DNA of 63,721 nucleotides, filler included, from Lama guanicoe (taxonomy: Eukaryota): the NCBI GenBank assembly GCA_013239625.1. It is 182 parts of 182 records of this genome, joined end to end, with 100 filler letters (N's around TTAATTAATTAA, not from the genome) between each part and the next. Parts side by side here need not be neighbours in the genome. Positions count along the whole stretch, not along the records: positions 61,716 to 61,966 come from PNXV01048526.1; positions 62,067 to 62,317 come from PNXV01048527.1; positions 62,418 to 62,668 come from PNXV01048528.1; positions 62,769 to 63,019 come from PNXV01048529.1; positions 63,120 to 63,370 come from PNXV01048530.1; positions 63,471 to 63,721 come from PNXV01048531.1; 176 more parts are not named here. One strand, written 5' to 3'. The notes under the pieces are model-generated. The model did not search any database. It had not been told where the DNA came from and was given only the letters and a program-made list of their open reading frames with translations. Position 1 is the stretch's first letter; every line of letters starts with the position of its first letter. The position numbers were made by a program, and so were the translations under genes. Positions 61,616 through 63,721 of the stretch are shown here, in pieces.

Positions 61616-63721
61616 NNNNNNNNNNNNNNNNNNNNNNNNNNNNNNNNNNNNNNNNNNNNTTAATTAATTAANNNNNNNNNNNNNNNNNNNNNNNNNNNNN
61701 NNNNNNNNNNNNNNNTCAAAGATAAAGGAGTATCTATTTAATAACCCATTAGAAAATATTTTCAGTTTTGTTATATTTTTAAATGTCATTATAATGTTTA
61801 TTAATATGATTTTTTTAAAGTTGTTTTAATGTTCAAGTATTTTCAAATATATTATCATATTTCATCATGGAATTTTATTTAGAAATATATTTCACAATAT
61901 GAACAATGTAAGAAAGTTCAATAGTGTTATGCTAATTTACAAAGAGGCCTATTGGACTTGAGTTAANNNNNNNNNNNNNNNNNNNNNNNNNNNNNNNNNN
62001 NNNNNNNNNNTTAATTAATTAANNNNNNNNNNNNNNNNNNNNNNNNNNNNNNNNNNNNNNNNNNNNTTTTGTCTTTGTTCCTTTTCTTCTTTTTGTTTTT
62101 CCTTTTGTGGTTTTATGATTTTCTTTTGTATTATGCTTGAGTTCCTTTCTTTTTGTGTGTATGAATCTATTATATGCTTTGATTTGTGGTTACCCTGGTT
62201 TCATGTATGTTAACCTATAACTGTACTTGTTTTAGATTCATAGCCATATAAACTCAGAGGAAGTGAGCTCCATGTTCCTCTATTCCACCATGTTTTTTGA
62301 AGCCCCAATGAATCTTTNNNNNNNNNNNNNNNNNNNNNNNNNNNNNNNNNNNNNNNNNNNNTTAATTAATTAANNNNNNNNNNNNNNNNNNNNNNNNNNN
62401 NNNNNNNNNNNNNNNNNCATCTAGGGTCCAGCCCATGGCCACAGCTCTGCTCCAGACATTTGGCCATGGCGTGTCCCCTTACATCCCGGTGCCTGGCTGA
62501 GCATCCCTCCCCATCTTTCTCCTGGCTATCCTTGTCCTGGCTCCATGAGGGTCTTTCTGCCCAGAGCGAGGGTCGTGGAGCGAGGCAGTTAGTGGCTGAG
62601 GTCAGCAGGCACCAGGGGTTCCAGGAACCTCAGAGGGCAGTGCGAGTCCTACCCTTATTCATCTTCACNNNNNNNNNNNNNNNNNNNNNNNNNNNNNNNN
62701 NNNNNNNNNNNNTTAATTAATTAANNNNNNNNNNNNNNNNNNNNNNNNNNNNNNNNNNNNNNNNNNNNTTTTTTTTTTTCCATTTCCTTGAAACACATCT
62801 CCAATAAAATAGGTCCACAGTCTTATTTTGGTGCATGATAAATATCTTGAAACTTATTATTAATTTATTCTTTTAAAAAACCTTTATTTTTTCCTAGAAG
62901 AATATTTTATTACTTTATAGATGCCTTCTATTTTAATGGTTTTTATTTGGAGGACAGATTATTAAACCTATAAGTAGCAAACATACATTTAGATACTTGA
63001 ATGGACCCAATTAATGAAANNNNNNNNNNNNNNNNNNNNNNNNNNNNNNNNNNNNNNNNNNNNTTAATTAATTAANNNNNNNNNNNNNNNNNNNNNNNNN
63101 NNNNNNNNNNNNNNNNNNNGAACTAACTCTTCTGGTCATAAGCAGGTAAAGGAAATAATTATAGTGCTGTTAACATTTTTCCTTTAAAGTATGAAATACA
63201 AATATTTGATCTGAATTTTCTTTGATTAATTCTTAATATTTAGTGCCAATTGCATTTAAACTGCTAAATGTCAAGTCACTTGAAACATGAGATGACGAAA
63301 AGGTGTTTTACTTTATTTGTGAAAACGGTTGAAGAGCGCATTTTTCATATTCTTTTTCACAAAGTAAACANNNNNNNNNNNNNNNNNNNNNNNNNNNNNN
63401 NNNNNNNNNNNNNNTTAATTAATTAANNNNNNNNNNNNNNNNNNNNNNNNNNNNNNNNNNNNNNNNNNNNTCTGCCAGGGCAGCCCAGACAAGGTTTCTA
63501 AGAAATCTGCCCACTTCTCTCAGAGCTTTAGCTGGATTTCCAGGTAAATGGCATCAGTGAAGGTTCAGAGAAATAAAACTATGGGGTTTTTTTTTTTTAA
63601 ATAATGTAAGGTGGGGAAAGTAATGGATGTGTACATGAAGGAACTAATCAATCTTAGTTTCCAGGCATCCCAGTGCCCTGTATCTGTGAAGTGAGCAACG
63701 TTTATGATTTTGAGGCCGTTT

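Overview
This window is not a contiguous locus. It is an artificial concatenation of 182 unrelated mammalian mini-contigs, each 249-251 bp, joined by 181 identical 100-bp linkers (N44-TTAATTAATTAA-N44). The linker core is a palindrome with a stop codon in all six frames. About 18.1 kb (28%) of the window is linker, and most entries in the ORF track are artefacts that run into it (hence the endings XXX, N or LIN). The real sequence is eutherian and very probably camelid, judging from a tRNA-Ala-derived vic-1-type SINE and a recurrent lineage-type L1 3' UTR. Recognisable content: partial coding exons of ZNF623, PRR18, an OR8U-type olfactory receptor and UGT3A; decayed class I ERV pol and class III ERV gag; many L1, LTR, MIR/L2 and DNA-transposon fragments; several CpG-island or first-exon pieces; and a few minisatellite or satellite pieces. 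Two pairs of near-identical contigs share exactly 49 identical bases at both ends, which marks them as de Bruijn bubble arms. I found no evidence for a novel multi-gene biological system, and adjacency between fragments carries no biological meaning. Gene and repeat names come from my recognition of translated motifs, not from database searches.
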